From contig CAXXLV010000002.1 of NCBI GenBank assembly GCA_963664305.2, positions 32,001-96,000 on the forward strand: a DNA stretch of 64,000 bases, in the 5' to 3' direction. The notes under the pieces were generated by a model. It had not been told where the DNA came from and ran no database searches. It saw nothing but the letters and a program-made list of their open reading frames with translations. A program made the translations under genes and the position numbers. Source of the DNA: an uncultured Aliarcobacter sp. (lineage in GTDB: Bacteria > Campylobacterota > Campylobacteria > Campylobacterales > Arcobacteraceae). Of the stretch, positions 22,136 to 33,563 are shown in pieces; the stretch's first letter is position 1; each line of letters starts with the position of its first letter.

Positions 22136-22708
22136 ATGGCTAAAGAAGTTGAATTTGAAAATGCAGTAAAAACAATTCTTACACATATCGGAGAAGATAT
22201 TACTAGAGAGGGATTAATTGATACTCCAAGTCGTGTGAGAAAAGCTTTTGAATTTATGTGTAGTGGATATAACCAAAATCCAAAAGAGATAATTGAAAAA
22301 GCACTTTTTACTTCGACAAATGATGAAATGGTAGTTGTAAAAGATATTGAGTTTTACTCTTTTTGCGAACATCATATGTTACCAATAATTGGAAAGGCTC
22401 ACGTTGCTTACATTCCAAATGGAAAAGTAGTTGGACTTTCAAAAATACCAAGAGTCGTAGATGTATTTGCAAGAAGATTACAAATACAAGAGCAAATGAC
22501 AGAACAAATTTGTGATGCATTAAATGAATATTTAAAACCAAAAGGTGTTGCAGTTATGATTGATGCAAGACACATGTGTATGGAAATGAGGGGAGTTGAA
22601 AAGATATGTTCAACAACAGTAACTTCTGCACTAAGAGGACTTTTTAAATCAAATAAAAAAACTAAAGATGAGTTTTTATCAATAGTTAGCTCATCACTTC
22701 ATAAATAA
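22136..22708 (+). CDS. folE: GTP cyclohydrolase I
   Basis: [39 protein letters not shown]. Confidence 0.96.
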   Translation: MAKEVEFENAVKTILTHIGEDITREGLIDTPSRVRKAFEFMCSGYNQNPKEIIEKALFTSTNDEMVVVKDIEFYSFCEHHMLPIIGKAHVAYIPNGKVVGLSKIPRVVDVFARRLQIQEQMTEQICDALNEYLKPKGVAVMIDARHMCMEMRGVEKICSTTVTSALRGLFKSNKKTKDEFLSIVSSSLHK

Positions 22709-22739
22709 ATCAATAGTTTTTAAACTATTGGTTTATTAT

Positions 22740-23930
22740 TTATAAAACATTTACTTCACTTCTATCAGTTGTTCTTTCAAATCTTTTTGGAGTAGTTCTA
22801 TTTTCGTTTTGCATTTCAGAATCAAATTTTTGTATTATATTTTTTGTATTAGCTAAGAATGCTGCTTTATCTTTACCATCAAGACCTTCAATTTTAGGTT
22901 TTGTAATAACTGTCATAGGATCAATTGCATTTCCATTTCTATATAAACCTAAATGTAGGTGAGGTCCAGAACTAAGACCAGTATTTCCAACATATCCAAT
23001 ATGTGTACCTTTTTTTACAGTTGCACCTTGTCTTATACCTTTTGCAAAACCTTTTTGGTGAGCATATAATGTTTTATAACCATTTCCATGATTTATAATA
23101 ATAACATTCCCATAACCACCTTTTACACCCATAAATTCAATTCTTCCATCTGCTGCTGCATAAATATTTCTTCCTGTTGGTGCAGCAAAGTCTGTTCCTA
23201 AATGTGCTCTAAATCTTTTTAAAACAGGATGCCAACGTTTGTTAGTAAATACACTAGAAATTCTTTGAAATGTTACTGGCATTTGGAAAAAATAAGATTT
23301 TGTAAATCCAACACCTTTTTCATCATAATATTTATCATCTTTATCATTTTTAAATCTATAAAATGGTTTTCCTGAGATTTGCACCATTGCAGCAGTTAAA
23401 TCAGGCATACCTAATGTTCTACCTAAATAAGATTTTTGAGAATATTTTAAAGCAATAAAATCACCTTTTTGCATTTTTCTAAAATTTACATCACTATCTT
23501 GAAAAAGGGATTTTAATACAGCTGCAAGAGTCACATCTCCTGTTGCTTTTTGTATATCATAAGATACAGATTCTGTAATTTGAATTGCAACAGTTTCTGT
23601 ATGTTCAGTATAATTTATTGGTAATGTTTGAAATTTATATTCGTTGTTACTATCTTTGTAAACATGTAGTTGAATATCCTCAGATACAGGAATTAAAACT
23701 TGGTTTAAACTACCATCATCTTCAGTGTAAAGATAATAAGTTTTATCTGCTTCAATTTCCGAACATAACTCTTTATCTTCTTTCTCTAAATCAAAATATA
23801 ATTTTTGAGGAATTTTATATCTATCTAAAAAAGTTAAAAAACTCTCTCCTCTTGGCCAATTTAACTCTTCAACTTGTGCTGAGTATAAAAAATTAAAAAG
23901 AATAATAGTTAATAAAATAATTTTTTTCAT
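22740..23930 (-). CDS. M23 family peptidoglycan DD-endopeptidase
   Basis: HLGTDFAA, YAH, GLSSGPHLH. Confidence 0.9.
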   Translation of the reverse strand: MKKIILLTIILFNFLYSAQVEELNWPRGESFLTFLDRYKIPQKLYFDLEKEDKELCSEIEADKTYYLYTEDDGSLNQVLIPVSEDIQLHVYKDSNNEYKFQTLPINYTEHTETVAIQITESVSYDIQKATGDVTLAAVLKSLFQDSDVNFRKMQKGDFIALKYSQKSYLGRTLGMPDLTAAMVQISGKPFYRFKNDKDDKYYDEKGVGFTKSYFFQMPVTFQRISSVFTNKRWHPVLKRFRAHLGTDFAAPTGRNIYAAADGRIEFMGVKGGYGNVIIINHGNGYKTLYAHQKGFAKGIRQGATVKKGTHIGYVGNTGLSSGPHLHLGLYRNGNAIDPMTVITKPKIEGLDGKDKAAFLANTKNIIQKFDSEMQNENRTTPKRFERTTDRSEVNVL

Positions 23931-23997
23931 AGATCTTCACTTTTTATTTATTGAATAATTAGGGGGAGTATTATACAATTACGCAACTTAAAGATAG

Positions 23998-24969
23998 TTG
24001 GAGTACGATTTGTTGAGATTTATAATAGTATTTATTATTACTTTTAATGTATATGCAAATGATTTTGTAAATTTATATAGACTTAAAGGTATTAGTGAAG
24101 TAGAAAAAGAGATTGAAAATAGTTTAAAAGATGTTAATTATTGGAAAAATTATTTAGTAGATAAAAATGTTGAATTAGGTTATTATGAATATAAAAAGTA
24201 TGTTATCGTTGCTCAAAAAGAACAATCGGAATTATCTTTATATGAAAAAATCGATAATGATTATAAATTAGTTTTAAGAAATAGTGTAATTGTAGGTGAA
24301 AATCAAGGTGATAAATATCTTGAGGGTGATAAAAGAACACCAGAAGGTGCATATGAATTAGTAGAAAAAAAGACACAAGTTGACCAATTTTATGGTCCTT
24401 TTGCATTAGTAACTTCTTATCCTAACTCTTTTGATATGAGTTTAGATAAAAAGGGTTCAGGTATTTGGATACATGGAATGCCATTTGAAGGTGATAGAGA
24501 AAAGTTTACTAAAGGATGTATAGCTTTAGATAATAATGAATTAGAAAATTTAGAAAAAAATATTGATTATAAAAAAACAATTTTATTAACAAGTGAAAAT
24601 GAATTTAAAAAAGCTTCTAAAGATGATATAGCATTGATTTTAAGTTCTATATATAAATGGAAAGATGCTTGGAAATATTCAAATATAAATGAATATTTAT
24701 CTTTTTATTCAAAAGAGTTTAAAAGATCAGATAAATCTGATTTTAATCAATTTGAAGATTATAAAAAACAAGTATTTTCAAAAAATGAAGATAAAACAAT
24801 AACTTTTAAAAATATTGATATAGCACCTTATCCTAACTCTTTAAATAAAAAAATGTATAAAGTTTTAATGGATGAAGAATATTTAAGTCCATCTGTAAAA
24901 TTTTATGGAAAAAAAGAACTATTTTTAGAAGTAGCAAATAATGAAGTGAAAATTCTAACAGAGGATTAA
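23998..24969 (+). CDS. L,D-transpeptidase (YkuD) family protein with C-terminal NTF2-like domain
   Basis: EGDKRTPEG, GSGIWIHG, TKGCIAL. The true start may be a few codons downstream. Confidence 0.85.
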   Translation: MEYDLLRFIIVFIITFNVYANDFVNLYRLKGISEVEKEIENSLKDVNYWKNYLVDKNVELGYYEYKKYVIVAQKEQSELSLYEKIDNDYKLVLRNSVIVGENQGDKYLEGDKRTPEGAYELVEKKTQVDQFYGPFALVTSYPNSFDMSLDKKGSGIWIHGMPFEGDREKFTKGCIALDNNELENLEKNIDYKKTILLTSENEFKKASKDDIALILSSIYKWKDAWKYSNINEYLSFYSKEFKRSDKSDFNQFEDYKKQVFSKNEDKTITFKNIDIAPYPNSLNKKMYKVLMDEEYLSPSVKFYGKKELFLEVANNEVKILTED

Positions 24970-25033
24970 AATTTTTTTCAACTCTTTTTAGATATAATCG
25001 CCCCTAAATAACAACCATATTTTAAGGCGAAAG

Positions 25034-27247
25034 ATGCAAAAACAAGAGATGAACCTTCAAGAGATAGCACTTGCTCACTCTTTAACACTTGAAGAATTTG
25101 AAAATATCAAAGAAATTTTAGGAAGAGAACCAAACTATGTAGAAATTGGTATCTTCTCTGCTATGTGGTCTGAGCACTGCTCATATAAATCAAGTAAAAA
25201 ATATTTAAGTGGTTTCCCAACAAAAGCTCCTTGGGTTATTCAAGGTCCAGGTGAAAATGCTGGTGTTATTGACATCGGTGATGGTTATGCTGCTGTATTT
25301 AAAATGGAATCACACAACCATCCATCTTTTATTGAGCCTTATCAAGGTGCAGCAACAGGTGTTGGAGGAATTTTAAGAGATGTATTTACAATGGGAGCAA
25401 GACCTATTGCAAATATGAATTCAATTAGATTTGCTTCAATTGAAGGAAACAGTGAAACTGCACAAAAACACAGATTTTTATTAAGAGGTGTTGTTGCAGG
25501 TATTGGTGGATATGGTAACTGTATGGGAGTTCCAACAATTGGTGGAGAAACTACATTTGAAGAGTGTTATGCTGGAAATAACCTTGTAAATGCATTTACT
25601 TTAGGATTAGCAAAAGCTGATGAAATTTTCTATGGAAAAGCTGAAGGTATAGGAAATCCAGTAATGTATGTTGGTTCTAAAACAGGAAGAGATGGTCTAG
25701 GTGGTGCAGTTATGTCAAGTGCAGCATTTGATGAAGATTCTGAATCAAAAAGACCAACAGTTCAAGTTGGAGATCCATTTACTGAAAAATTATTACTTGA
25801 AGCTTGTTTAGAACTGTTTAAAGCAGATTTAATTGTTGGTATTCAAGATATGGGAGCTGCTGGACTTACTTCAAGTTCTTTTGAAATGGCTGGAAGATCT
25901 GGTTCTGGAATGATTATGCATTTAGATAAAGTTCCAGCAAGAGAAGAGGGAATGACTCCTTATGACTTTATGCTTTCAGAATCTCAAGAAAGAATGCTTA
26001 TTTGTGCTAAAAAAGGTTGTGAACAAGCAATTATTGATATTTTTGAAAAATGGGAATTAGATGTTGCTGTTATTGGTGAAGTAACTGCAACTGGAAATAT
26101 GGAATTATTCTGGCATGGTGAAAAATGTGCGGAAGTTCCTGTTCAACCAGTTTCTGAACAAGCACCAGTTTTAGATAGACCAACAAAAAAACCAGCTTAT
26201 TTAGATGGAATTGAAAATATTAAATTAGACAAAGAGATTTCTAATCAAGTTGCATTTGATGATTTATTCTCTGATATGGAAGTTGTTGATAAATCTTGGG
26301 TTTATTCTCAATATGATTCAATGGTTCAAACAAATACAATTAAAGGTCCAGGTAAACTTGACGGTTCATCAATTAGAATCAAAGAAACAGGAAAAGCATT
26401 AGCAATGAGTGCTGATTGTAACACAAGACTTTGTTATATTAACCCAGAATTAGGAGCAGCGGCAGCTGTTATGGAATCTGGAAGAAATGTAGCAATGACT
26501 GGAGCAGTTCCAAAAGCAATTACAGATTGTTTAAATTTTGGTAACCCTACAAATCCTGAAGTTATGTGGCAATTTGCAGCTTCTTGTGAAGGTATTAAAA
26601 AAGCTTGTAAAGAATTAAATACTCCAGTAATTGGTGGAAATGTTTCACTTTATAATGAAACAAATGGAGTAGGAGTTTTCCCAACACCTTCAATTGCAAT
26701 GGTTGGAGTAAACGAAGATGCAAATAAAGTATTACCTTCTTGTGTTCAAGAAAATGGAAATATTTTATATATTTTAGGTGAAACAAAATCTGAATTTGGT
26801 GCTTCTTTATATATGAAAAAAATGTATGGAAAAGTTGCTGGAACTCATCCTGAAGTAAATTTCGAAAAAGAGTTAGCTTTATGGAATACTGTAATTGAAG
26901 CAAATAAACAAGGTTTATTAAAATCTGCAAAAGACGTAAATGTTGGTGGAATTGCTATTAGTGCAGCTAAAATGGCAGTTGTAGGAAATAAAGGTATTGA
27001 AATCTCTATTTCATTAAATGATTCAAAAGATATTTTTGCTGAATCTTTAAGTAGAGCTATCGTTGAAGTTACTCCTTCAAATTGTGAAGCGTTTGAAAAA
27101 GTTGCAAAATCATTTAATATCGAATGTAGTAAAATAGGTCAAGTTGGTGGAGATAAAATCTCTATTAATGATATCTATAAAGATTTAGATAAAGCTAGTG
27201 AAGTTTACTTTACAAGATTTAAAAAAGTAATTGAGCAAGATTTATAA
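25034..27247 (+). CDS. purL: Phosphoribosylformylglycinamidine synthase subunit PurL
   Basis: [33 protein letters not shown]. Confidence 0.97.
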   Translation: MQKQEMNLQEIALAHSLTLEEFENIKEILGREPNYVEIGIFSAMWSEHCSYKSSKKYLSGFPTKAPWVIQGPGENAGVIDIGDGYAAVFKMESHNHPSFIEPYQGAATGVGGILRDVFTMGARPIANMNSIRFASIEGNSETAQKHRFLLRGVVAGIGGYGNCMGVPTIGGETTFEECYAGNNLVNAFTLGLAKADEIFYGKAEGIGNPVMYVGSKTGRDGLGGAVMSSAAFDEDSESKRPTVQVGDPFTEKLLLEACLELFKADLIVGIQDMGAAGLTSSSFEMAGRSGSGMIMHLDKVPAREEGMTPYDFMLSESQERMLICAKKGCEQAIIDIFEKWELDVAVIGEVTATGNMELFWHGEKCAEVPVQPVSEQAPVLDRPTKKPAYLDGIENIKLDKEISNQVAFDDLFSDMEVVDKSWVYSQYDSMVQTNTIKGPGKLDGSSIRIKETGKALAMSADCNTRLCYINPELGAAAAVMESGRNVAMTGAVPKAITDCLNFGNPTNPEVMWQFAASCEGIKKACKELNTPVIGGNVSLYNETNGVGVFPTPSIAMVGVNEDANKVLPSCVQENGNILYILGETKSEFGASLYMKKMYGKVAGTHPEVNFEKELALWNTVIEANKQGLLKSAKDVNVGGIAISAAKMAVVGNKGIEISISLNDSKDIFAESLSRAIVEVTPSNCEAFEKVAKSFNIECSKIGQVGGDKISINDIYKDLDKASEVYFTRFKKVIEQDL

Positions 27248-27256
27248 TAAATAAAA

Positions 27257-27284
27257 TTTATTAGGAAGAATTCTTCCTAATAAA
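27257..27284. terminator. Perfect 28-bp palindrome between convergent purL and amt-GGDEF; probable bidirectional terminator
   Basis: TTTATTAGGAAGAATTCTTCCTAATAAA is its own reverse complement. Confidence 0.65.
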
Positions 27285-29094
27285 CAAAAACTCTGTTTCT
27301 TCCACTCATTTTAGCTTGGTATAAAGCTTGGTCTGCTTTTTTAAACACATCTTCAAACGTATCATTTTTTGTTTTAAATTCACTAATACCTATTGAAATA
27401 GTTATTTTCCCAACAGTTTTAAATTTAGAATTTTCAATCTCTTTTCTTAAATTATCAGATATATTTTGAGCTTGTAACAAATCAGGTGTATCTAAAATTA
27501 AAATAAACTCTTCTCCACCCCATCTTGCAAATATATCAGTTATTCTAATCTTATTTGAAATTAATGTTGCTAAATCTTTTAGAACATAATCTCCTACATC
27601 ATGACCATGTGTATCATTTATAGATTTGAATTTATCTATATCTATAATTGCAAGTGTGTATTTGTTGTTTGTTTCTGATAATTTTTTTAGAAGACCATTT
27701 CTATTTAAAATTTTAGTCAAATTATCATGGTATGCTTTGACACTTAAATTTTTATTTGATTTTTTAAGTTCAGCATTTTTTTCTTTTAATATACTAAGTA
27801 AATAGTTGAAAAATCTTGAAACAATTCCTATTTCCGTATCTCTTTCTTCATAAATTTTTTTGTCTAAATTTCCTGTTTTCATAATTTGAATAATACTTTG
27901 AATAGTGTCAACCCAAGGTAATTTTGCATTATGTTCACTTCTGTTTAAACCTAAAACTTCGTGTTTTTTTCGAACTCTTAAAAGGTTAACTTTTCTAAGA
28001 AATAAAAAAATTAGTAATCCAAAAGAAAAAGAGAATAAAAAAGCTACAAATACTCCTAAAGTTTGTACATAAATAAAATGTAATCTTGTAAAATTTTCAG
28101 GTAAATTTGCAAAAATTCCAACTGCTATTGTTCCCCAAACACCAACAAATCCATGAATACTTACAACACTTAAAGGGTCATCAATTTTTAATTTTTTTGT
28201 TAAAAATATATCAGTGAAATGCATTATAAATGATGATATAAAACCTACAAATGCAGATTGAATAGTATTAAATTCATAACAACCAGCAGTAATTCCTACA
28301 AGTCCAGCAATTATTCCAAAACTAAATATTTCAACACCAACTTTTTCTTTACTAAATAAAGTTATTATCCAAGCACTTAACCCACCAAATACACCAGCAA
28401 TTAAAGTATTTAATAAAATTGATGTAACTTCAGGTTTAAATTCAAGTAAACTTCCTGCATTAAAACCAAACCATGCAAAAAATAGGATAAATACACCAAA
28501 AACTATAAAATTATGATTACTTGGTGCAAAATATATGGTTTTATTTTTTCTAAATTTTCCAAGTCTTGGTCCTAAAACAATTGCACCTGCAAGTCCAATC
28601 CAAGCTCCAATCGAATGAACAACAGTAGACCCTGCAAAATCAATAAATCCTAACTCTTTTAACCAACCATTATCACTCCATGCCCAATGTCCAAAAATTG
28701 GATAAATTATAGAGCTTACAATAATTGCAACAACAATATATCCATTAAATTTTATTCTTTCTGCTACTGCTCCTGAAACAATTGTTATTGCAGTTGCTGC
28801 AAACATTGCTTGAAAAAAGAAAAATCCATTTAGTTGTAAATCTTTTCCATCAATTAAAAATTTATCTGTACCTATAAGTCCAAAACTATCCATTCCAAAC
28901 ATTAAGCCAAAACCAAATAACCAGAAAAATATAATACTAAAGACTGTATCAATAAGATTTTTCATTGCAACATTTATTGTATTTTTACTTCTAACCACAC
29001 CTGTTTCAACTAACGAAAAACCTAATTGCATCATAAAAACTAAAAATGCACTAACTAATATCCATAAAAGGTTTATTTCATTAAAACTTACCAA
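27277..29094 (-). CDS. Ammonium transporter (Amt) fused to a GGDEF diguanylate cyclase domain
   Basis: FMMQLGF, DFAGSTVVH, WFGFNAGS, IDDPL..VSIHG; C-terminal DIDKFKSINDTHGHDVGD and RWGGEEF. Confidence 0.92.
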   Translation of the reverse strand: MVSFNEINLLWILVSAFLVFMMQLGFSLVETGVVRSKNTINVAMKNLIDTVFSIIFFWLFGFGLMFGMDSFGLIGTDKFLIDGKDLQLNGFFFFQAMFAATAITIVSGAVAERIKFNGYIVVAIIVSSIIYPIFGHWAWSDNGWLKELGFIDFAGSTVVHSIGAWIGLAGAIVLGPRLGKFRKNKTIYFAPSNHNFIVFGVFILFFAWFGFNAGSLLEFKPEVTSILLNTLIAGVFGGLSAWIITLFSKEKVGVEIFSFGIIAGLVGITAGCYEFNTIQSAFVGFISSFIMHFTDIFLTKKLKIDDPLSVVSIHGFVGVWGTIAVGIFANLPENFTRLHFIYVQTLGVFVAFLFSFSFGLLIFLFLRKVNLLRVRKKHEVLGLNRSEHNAKLPWVDTIQSIIQIMKTGNLDKKIYEERDTEIGIVSRFFNYLLSILKEKNAELKKSNKNLSVKAYHDNLTKILNRNGLLKKLSETNNKYTLAIIDIDKFKSINDTHGHDVGDYVLKDLATLISNKIRITDIFARWGGEEFILILDTPDLLQAQNISDNLRKEIENSKFKTVGKITISIGISEFKTKNDTFEDVFKKADQALYQAKMSGRNRVFVY

Positions 29095-29241
29095 TTATTG
29101 CTCCTTCTTATAATACAATGAATAAATTGTAACATAGAAAATAATTATTCTAGAGATAAAAAATATACAATTTCTAATGAAGCAAGTCCTAATTGGTTTT
29201 TTTGTATAATCACAAAAAATTATAAGACTTGGGGAAAACAA

Positions 29242-30774
29242 TTGAGAGCATTAATTAGTGTAAGCGACAAAAGTGGTGTTGAGAATTTTGCTAAAGAATT
29301 AGTATCATTAGGTTATGAAATTATTTCAACAGGTGGAACATATAATAAGTTAAAAGATGCAGGAATAGCTGTAATTGAAGCAAATGAAGTTACAAAATTT
29401 CCAGAATGTTTTGAAGGAAGAGTTAAAACATTAAATCCTTATATCCACGGTGGTATTTTACATAGAAGAGATAAACAATCTCATCTTGATCAAGCTAAAG
29501 AACTTGGAGTTGAAGGTATCGATTTAGTTTGTGTAAATTTATATCCATTTAAAGCAACTATTGAAAAAACTGATGATTTTGAAGAAATTATTGAAAACAT
29601 TGATATTGGTGGACCAGCGATGGTTAGAAGTGCAGCTAAAAACTTTGATTCAGTAATTATTGTTACTGATGTTGCTGATTATGATTTAGTATTAAATAAT
29701 CTTAAAAATGACACAAATACTGTTGAATTTAGAAGAGATATGATGATTAAAGCTTATGAGCATACAGCTGCTTATGATTCAATGATTGCAAACTATATGA
29801 ACAAAAGATTTAATAATGGTTTTGGAAATAAACAATTTATTGTTGGAAATAAAGTATTTGATACAAGATATGGTGAAAATCCACATCAAAAAGGTGCTTT
29901 ATACGAGTTTGATTCACAATTTACAAATAAATTTAAAACAATAAAAGGTGAAGCAAGTTTCAATAATATGGGTGATATTTCTGGAGCTGCTAGAATTGCT
30001 GCTGCATTTGGAAAAGAAAAAGCTATTTGTATAGTAAAACATGGAAATCCTTGTGGATTTGCAATTAAAGATACATTATTAGAATCTTATGTTGAAGCAT
30101 TAAAATGTGACCCAGTTTCTGCTTTTGGTGGAGTAGTTGCTGTTAATGGTTGTGTTGATAAAGAATTAGCTGAAAAAATGAATGAAATTTTCTTAGAAGT
30201 TATTTTTGCTGCAAGTTTCACTCCTGAAGCAGTTGCAGTATTTGATGCTAAAAAAAGAATTAAATTATTTGAGCAAGGAACTGAATATTTAGAACTTGCA
30301 AACGATGCAATTGACTTTAAAAGAGTTGATGGTGGATTTGTATTCCAAGATGCTGATAAAGTACAAGAAGATGAAGTTAGAAATTCTATTTTAAAATCTA
30401 AAAGAATTGCAACAGAGCAAGAAGTAAAAGATATGGAAATCGCTTATAAAATTGCTTCTTTAACAAAATCAAACTGCGTAGTTTACGTTAAAAATTCTGC
30501 AATGGTTGCTGTTGGTATGGGTATGACTTCAAGAGTTGATGCTTCAAAAGCAGCTTTAAGAAAAGCAGAAGATATGGGATTAGATGTAACTGGTGCTGTG
30601 TTAGCATCTGAAGCATTTTTCCCATTTAGAGATAGCATTGATGCTGCAGCTGAAGCTGGTGTTAAATGTGTAATTGAACCAGGTGGAAGTATCAGAGATG
30701 ATGAAATCATTGCTGCTGCTGATGAATATGACATGGCTTTATACTTCTCAGGAATTAGACACTTCTTACATTAA
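29242..30774 (+). CDS. purH: Bifunctional AICAR transformylase/IMP cyclohydrolase
   Basis: [36 protein letters not shown]. Confidence 0.97.
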   Translation: MRALISVSDKSGVENFAKELVSLGYEIISTGGTYNKLKDAGIAVIEANEVTKFPECFEGRVKTLNPYIHGGILHRRDKQSHLDQAKELGVEGIDLVCVNLYPFKATIEKTDDFEEIIENIDIGGPAMVRSAAKNFDSVIIVTDVADYDLVLNNLKNDTNTVEFRRDMMIKAYEHTAAYDSMIANYMNKRFNNGFGNKQFIVGNKVFDTRYGENPHQKGALYEFDSQFTNKFKTIKGEASFNNMGDISGAARIAAAFGKEKAICIVKHGNPCGFAIKDTLLESYVEALKCDPVSAFGGVVAVNGCVDKELAEKMNEIFLEVIFAASFTPEAVAVFDAKKRIKLFEQGTEYLELANDAIDFKRVDGGFVFQDADKVQEDEVRNSILKSKRIATEQEVKDMEIAYKIASLTKSNCVVYVKNSAMVAVGMGMTSRVDASKAALRKAEDMGLDVTGAVLASEAFFPFRDSIDAAAEAGVKCVIEPGGSIRDDEIIAAADEYDMALYFSGIRHFLH

Positions 30775-30782
30775 TTATTTTT

Positions 30783-30834
30783 ATAAAATTTATACTCAAA
30801 ACTTTTTTGTTTTGGTATAAATTTTATCTTTTTT
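30783..30834 (+). terminator. Intrinsic terminator after purH
   Basis: ATAAAATTTATAC...GTATAAATTTTAT stem followed by a T run. Confidence 0.6.
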
Positions 30835-30893
30835 ATATTTACATTTTTAATAAAAATTAGATATACTCAGTTAGCATAAACTGAGGAATTTAC

Positions 30894-33500
30894 TTGATAT
30901 TTAGAAAAAAATTAAAGTTTCTTATTTTCTTATTATTACTTGTCTCAACAATATCTTATTCAAAAGAATTAAAAAAAGTTACATTACATTTGTCTTGGTT
31001 TGACCAATTTCAATTTGCTGGTTATTATATGGCAAAAGAAAAAGGTTTTTATGAAGAATTAGGATTAGATGTAGAAATTATTCCTTTTCAATTTGGTGTA
31101 GATATCCCAAAAGAAGTAAGTGATGGAAAATTTGATTTTGCTGTGGGAAGAGAAACTTTAATTTTAGAGCGAACAAAAGATAGAAATATAGTTGCTTTAT
31201 ATGCACTTTTTCAAGCAACTCCATTAATTTTGATTAGTACAAAAGAATCAGGTATTAATACTATTGAAGATTTCTCAAATAAAAGAGTTATGACAACTAT
31301 TGATGATTCAAGTGAAGTATCATTAAAAGCAATGATTGTATCAAACAAAGTTAAATTAGAAAATTTAAAATTTCTAAAACACACTCATAACATAAATGAT
31401 TTAATAGATAAAAATACAGATGTGATTTCTGCATATATCTCAAAAGCACCATATGAACTTCAAAAAAAAGGTATAGAATATAATGTTTTTGATCCAAAAA
31501 AATTTGGATTTGATATGTATAGTGATATGTTATATACAAGTGAAAATTTAATTAATAATGATTTAAACACTGTATTATTATTTAAAAAAGCATCTTTAAA
31601 AGGTTGGGAGTATGCTTATTCAAATATTGAAGAGAGTGCAAATTTAATTATAGAAAAATATAACACTCAAAATTTAAAGAAAAGTGAACTTATTTATGAA
31701 GCTAAAGAATTAAGAAAATTATCTTATTTTAATACAGCAAATTTAGGTGAAATTAAAAAAGATAAAATTCAAAGAATATATGACTTATATAATCTAATGG
31801 GATTAATTCAAAAACCAGTTGATTTAAATAAATTTGTATTTGATTTAAATAATCTAAGAAATTTAACTTTTTCAGATTTTGAAAAAAAATATTTAGAGCA
31901 AAGAGATATCATAACTATGTGTGTTATTCCAAATGCGATGCCATATAGTGATATAAAAGATGAAAAATTTGTGGGATTTGTAGCTGATTTTATTTCATTG
32001 ATAGAACAAAGAATTAAAAAACCAATAAGACTTGTTCAAACTTCAAGTTTTCATGAATCTTTAGAAGCAGCAAAAAATAAAAAATGTGATATTTTATCTT
32101 CAGCAGTTTGGACTAAAGATAGAGAAGAATATTTAAGTTTTACAAAACCATATTTAAATGTTCCTTTAGTTCTTCTAACAAAAAGTGAGACATCATTTAT
32201 AAACAATTTGAGTTCTTTAAAAAAGAAAAAAATATCAGTTATTGAAAATTATGCGATTATAAGAGAATTAGAAAAAAAATATAAAGATATAGAGTTTATT
32301 CCTGTAAAAAATATTGATGAGGGAATTAAAAAGATTTTAGATGGTGAAACATTTGGTCACGTTGATGCGATTTCAACTTCGTGGTATAAAATTCAAACTA
32401 AATATTTGAGTAAAATAGCAATTTCAGCAAAATTAGATGAGAGTATGGATGTTTCTATTGCTGTAAATCATGATGATAATATTTTATATGGAATATTACA
32501 AAAAGCTGTTTTAAGTATAGATGAATTAGTTAAAAATGAGATGCTTAATAAATGGATTTTTACTGAACATAAAAAAGAGTTTGATTATTCAATTATTTGG
32601 AAAATTTCATTAGGATTGTTATTGATTTTTATAGCAATTTTATATAGACAAAAGCTTTTGAAAAAGTTAAATGAACAATTACAAAATGCTGTAAATGACA
32701 AAACAAAAGAATTAAAAGAGATAAATGTTCAGCTTGAAGATAGAATCAAAAAAGAGGTTGAAGAAAATCTAAAAAAAGATAGACTTTTATCTCAACAACA
32801 AAAAATGGTTTCTATGGGACAAATGATAGAAAATATTGCTCATCAATGGAGACAACCATTATCTTTGATTACAACAAGTGCAAGTGGAATGAAATTAAAA
32901 AAACAGATAAATGATTTAGATGATGAATTCTTTTATAAAACAGTTGATTCAATATTAAATACATCAAAATATTTATCAAATACAATAGATGATTTTAGAT
33001 ATTTTTTCAAACCTCAAAAAGATAAAGAAGATTTTTATTTAGAAAAATGTTGTAAAAAAACAATAGATTTATTAAGTGCAAATTTTGTAGAAAATAGAAT
33101 AAAAATTGTAGATAATATTGAAAATATCAAAATTTGTGGATATGAAACAGAGTTAATTCAAGTATTGATTAATATATTAAATAATGCAAAAGATGCTTTA
33201 TTAGGAATTGATGATGAAAGATTGATTTTTATAGATATTACTAAAGATAATGGAAAAGCAATTATTAAAATAAGAGATAATGCAGGTGGAATCGAACCTT
33301 CAATCATTGAAAAAGTTTTTGAACCATATTTTACAACTAAGCATCAACATCAAGGAACTGGTATTGGATTGTATATGTGTCAAGAAATAATCAATAAACA
33401 TATGGATGGATATATAGATATTTCAAATACTGAATTTAATCATATGGACAGAAATTATAAAGGAACTTTAGTTTTAATAGTAATAGATAGTATCTGCTAG
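30894..33500 (+). CDS. Sensor histidine kinase with NMT1/THI5-like and PBPb substrate-binding domains
   Basis: QFQFAGYYMAKEKGFY, second SBP domain, TM, IAHQWRQPL H-box, NAKDA, DNAGG, GTGIGL. Confidence 0.88.
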   Translation: MIFRKKLKFLIFLLLLVSTISYSKELKKVTLHLSWFDQFQFAGYYMAKEKGFYEELGLDVEIIPFQFGVDIPKEVSDGKFDFAVGRETLILERTKDRNIVALYALFQATPLILISTKESGINTIEDFSNKRVMTTIDDSSEVSLKAMIVSNKVKLENLKFLKHTHNINDLIDKNTDVISAYISKAPYELQKKGIEYNVFDPKKFGFDMYSDMLYTSENLINNDLNTVLLFKKASLKGWEYAYSNIEESANLIIEKYNTQNLKKSELIYEAKELRKLSYFNTANLGEIKKDKIQRIYDLYNLMGLIQKPVDLNKFVFDLNNLRNLTFSDFEKKYLEQRDIITMCVIPNAMPYSDIKDEKFVGFVADFISLIEQRIKKPIRLVQTSSFHESLEAAKNKKCDILSSAVWTKDREEYLSFTKPYLNVPLVLLTKSETSFINNLSSLKKKKISVIENYAIIRELEKKYKDIEFIPVKNIDEGIKKILDGETFGHVDAISTSWYKIQTKYLSKIAISAKLDESMDVSIAVNHDDNILYGILQKAVLSIDELVKNEMLNKWIFTEHKKEFDYSIIWKISLGLLLIFIAILYRQKLLKKLNEQLQNAVNDKTKELKEINVQLEDRIKKEVEENLKKDRLLSQQQKMVSMGQMIENIAHQWRQPLSLITTSASGMKLKKQINDLDDEFFYKTVDSILNTSKYLSNTIDDFRYFFKPQKDKEDFYLEKCCKKTIDLLSANFVENRIKIVDNIENIKICGYETELIQVLINILNNAKDALLGIDDERLIFIDITKDNGKAIIKIRDNAGGIEPSIIEKVFEPYFTTKHQHQGTGIGLYMCQEIINKHMDGYIDISNTEFNHMDRNYKGTLVLIVIDSIC

Positions 33501-33563
33501 AATTTATTATTTTTCTAATTTTCTTTGGATATAATTTAATCAATTAAAATATAGGAAAACTAT

